Source: an uncultured delta proteobacterium
GTDB lineage: Bacteria; Myxococcota_A; Polyangia; Polyangiales; Polyangiaceae
Length of the DNA stretch: 64,000 nucleotides
NCBI GenBank assembly: GCA_963847465.1
Contig: CAWKAF010000021.1
Location: 44,134-108,133 of the forward strand
Direction: 5' to 3'
Position numbers and translations under genes: made by a program. Below, in pieces: positions 63,080 to 64,000 of this stretch. Numbering within the stretch: position 1 is the first letter of the stretch; every line of letters begins with the position of its first letter. The notes beneath the pieces were generated by a model. The model made no database searches. It had not been told where the DNA came from and saw only the letters and a program-made list of their open reading frames with translations.

Positions 63080-63915
63080 CCGGACGCTCTCACGCCGGGG
63101 CGAATGATACCGACCACGGGACGAGGTCCGTCGCGGTCGAGCAGGTCGACGGGGCTGCACTTGTCGATGTGGCCGATGAGGTTGCGGTAGAGGCCGAAGC
63201 CGCAGAGCTTGCGCAGCCGCGGCGAAAAGCCTCGCGCGACGTCCAGCGGAATGCCGAGCTGCTGGTTCTCCTGCTGGCGGACCCATCCCGCGCAGTAGTT
63301 CATCGCGACGCCGATGCGGCGCGCGCCGGTCGCGTTCGCACCGCCGCCGTGCCAGAGGCTGCCGTTGTAGACGAGGACGCTTCCCCGCCTCATCTCGGCC
63401 GCGATCGTGGGGACGTCCTCGCCCGGCGTGGGCGCCCGATCCCACGCGTGCGAGCCGGGGACGAGACGCGTCGCGCCGTTCGCCACGGTGAAGTCGGTCA
63501 TGGCCCACATGGTGTTGCACACGATCGGCACGTGGGGACGCGGCAGCGGAATGAGCTGGTCGTCGGCGTGAATGATCTGCGCGGCTTCGCCCGGATCGAT
63601 CGCAATCGAAGACAGTGACGACACGAGGCAGCCTCGGTCGAGCACCCCTTCGACGATGGGCAGCACGGCGGCGTGCACGGGGATGGCCTCGTAGATCTTG
63701 CCGCGAGCCAAGAGGTTGTAGATGCGTACCGTATTCAGGCCCTCGAAGATGTTGCCCGCGGGGACGACCTCCTCTTGTCGCTCGATTCGCTCGAGGTCCG
63801 CGAGCAGCGCGTCGATGAGCGCGAGATCGAGGGCGTTCTCCACGATCGTGTACCCGTCACGGCCGACGCGCGCGACGTGGGACTCGACGTCCGAGGGAGT
63901 CACCATCTCCGTCAT
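63076..63915 (-). CDS. phytanoyl-CoA dioxygenase (PhyH) family Fe(II)/2-oxoglutarate oxygenase
   Basis: ATG 63915 inside ORF 63076..63993. IHADDQ is the HxD facial triad, followed by TDFTVANGATRLVPGSH and SLWHGGGAN. Its stop overlaps the pdxH start by 4 nt. Confidence 0.75.
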   Translation of the reverse strand: MTEMVTPSDVESHVARVGRDGYTIVENALDLALIDALLADLERIERQEEVVPAGNIFEGLNTVRIYNLLARGKIYEAIPVHAAVLPIVEGVLDRGCLVSSLSSIAIDPGEAAQIIHADDQLIPLPRPHVPIVCNTMWAMTDFTVANGATRLVPGSHAWDRAPTPGEDVPTIAAEMRRGSVLVYNGSLWHGGGANATGARRIGVAMNYCAGWVRQQENQQLGIPLDVARGFSPRLRKLCGFGLYRNLIGHIDKCSPVDLLDRDGPRPVVGIIRPGVRASG

Positions 63916-63941
63916 GTTAGCCTTACGCAGGGGAGAAACGG

Positions 63942-64000
63942 ATGCGGGCGCTCGAGACAGTCCTTCTGGCTGCGGCCGTCGGTGTGCTCGCACCGGGCAC
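63942..64000 (+). CDS. 5' end of a secreted protein gene (truncated by the window edge)
   Basis: GGAG sits 6 nt upstream of ATG 63942. MRALETVLLAAAVGVLAPG looks like a signal peptide. Only 19 codons are visible. Confidence 0.3.
   Translation, partial: MRALETVLLAAAVGVLAPG

Overview
Very GC-rich chromosomal segment (about 70% G+C by eye, not computed). The gene content looks myxobacterial (Sorangiineae-like), which is an inference from a type IV pilus pilMNOPQ operon, a Hanks-type kinase, many small Cys-rich lipoproteins and a ~3,940-aa TPR-like protein. About 50 genes are mostly housekeeping or envelope functions: a TamB tail plus an Omp85/BamA-family gene, a sugar epimerase/aminotransferase pair, a PrsW-like protease, saccharopine-dehydrogenase-like, DUF89 and UbiB/ABC1 genes, polytopic membrane (GT-like) proteins, a ClC channel, gltB-gltD, pilMNOPQ, a LysM/M15A peptidase, a group-3 sigma factor, a class III cyclase, three MFS transporters, pdxH and a PhyH-type oxygenase. 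I found no rRNA, tRNA, CRISPR array, transposase or integrase. Four things are not explained by ordinary annotation. (1) A 127-nt intergenic repeat occurs three times, has nested hairpins and fully compensated base changes, and always sits just after a stop codon and 150-205 nt upstream of a small Cys-rich lipoprotein gene. (2) A non-coding array of eight 42-bp tandem repeats (52858-53193) lies between a small-ORF/nucleotidyltransferase-fold pair and a 178-aa hypothetical gene. This is the best candidate here for an undescribed RNA- or operator-based module. (3) An orphan strong intrinsic terminator sits in a low-GC gap, preceded by GTCGAACCC direct repeats, suggesting an sRNA or cis-regulatory leader. 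(4) Single-base frameshifts are strikingly clustered: at least 7 in the Omp85 gene and roughly 35-40 across gltBD-pilMNOPQ. These are most simply assembly errors, because several fall in G/C homopolymers. Product calls rest on motifs I recognise in the supplied translations, and no searches were run. Ends of frameshifted genes were reconstructed by hand.
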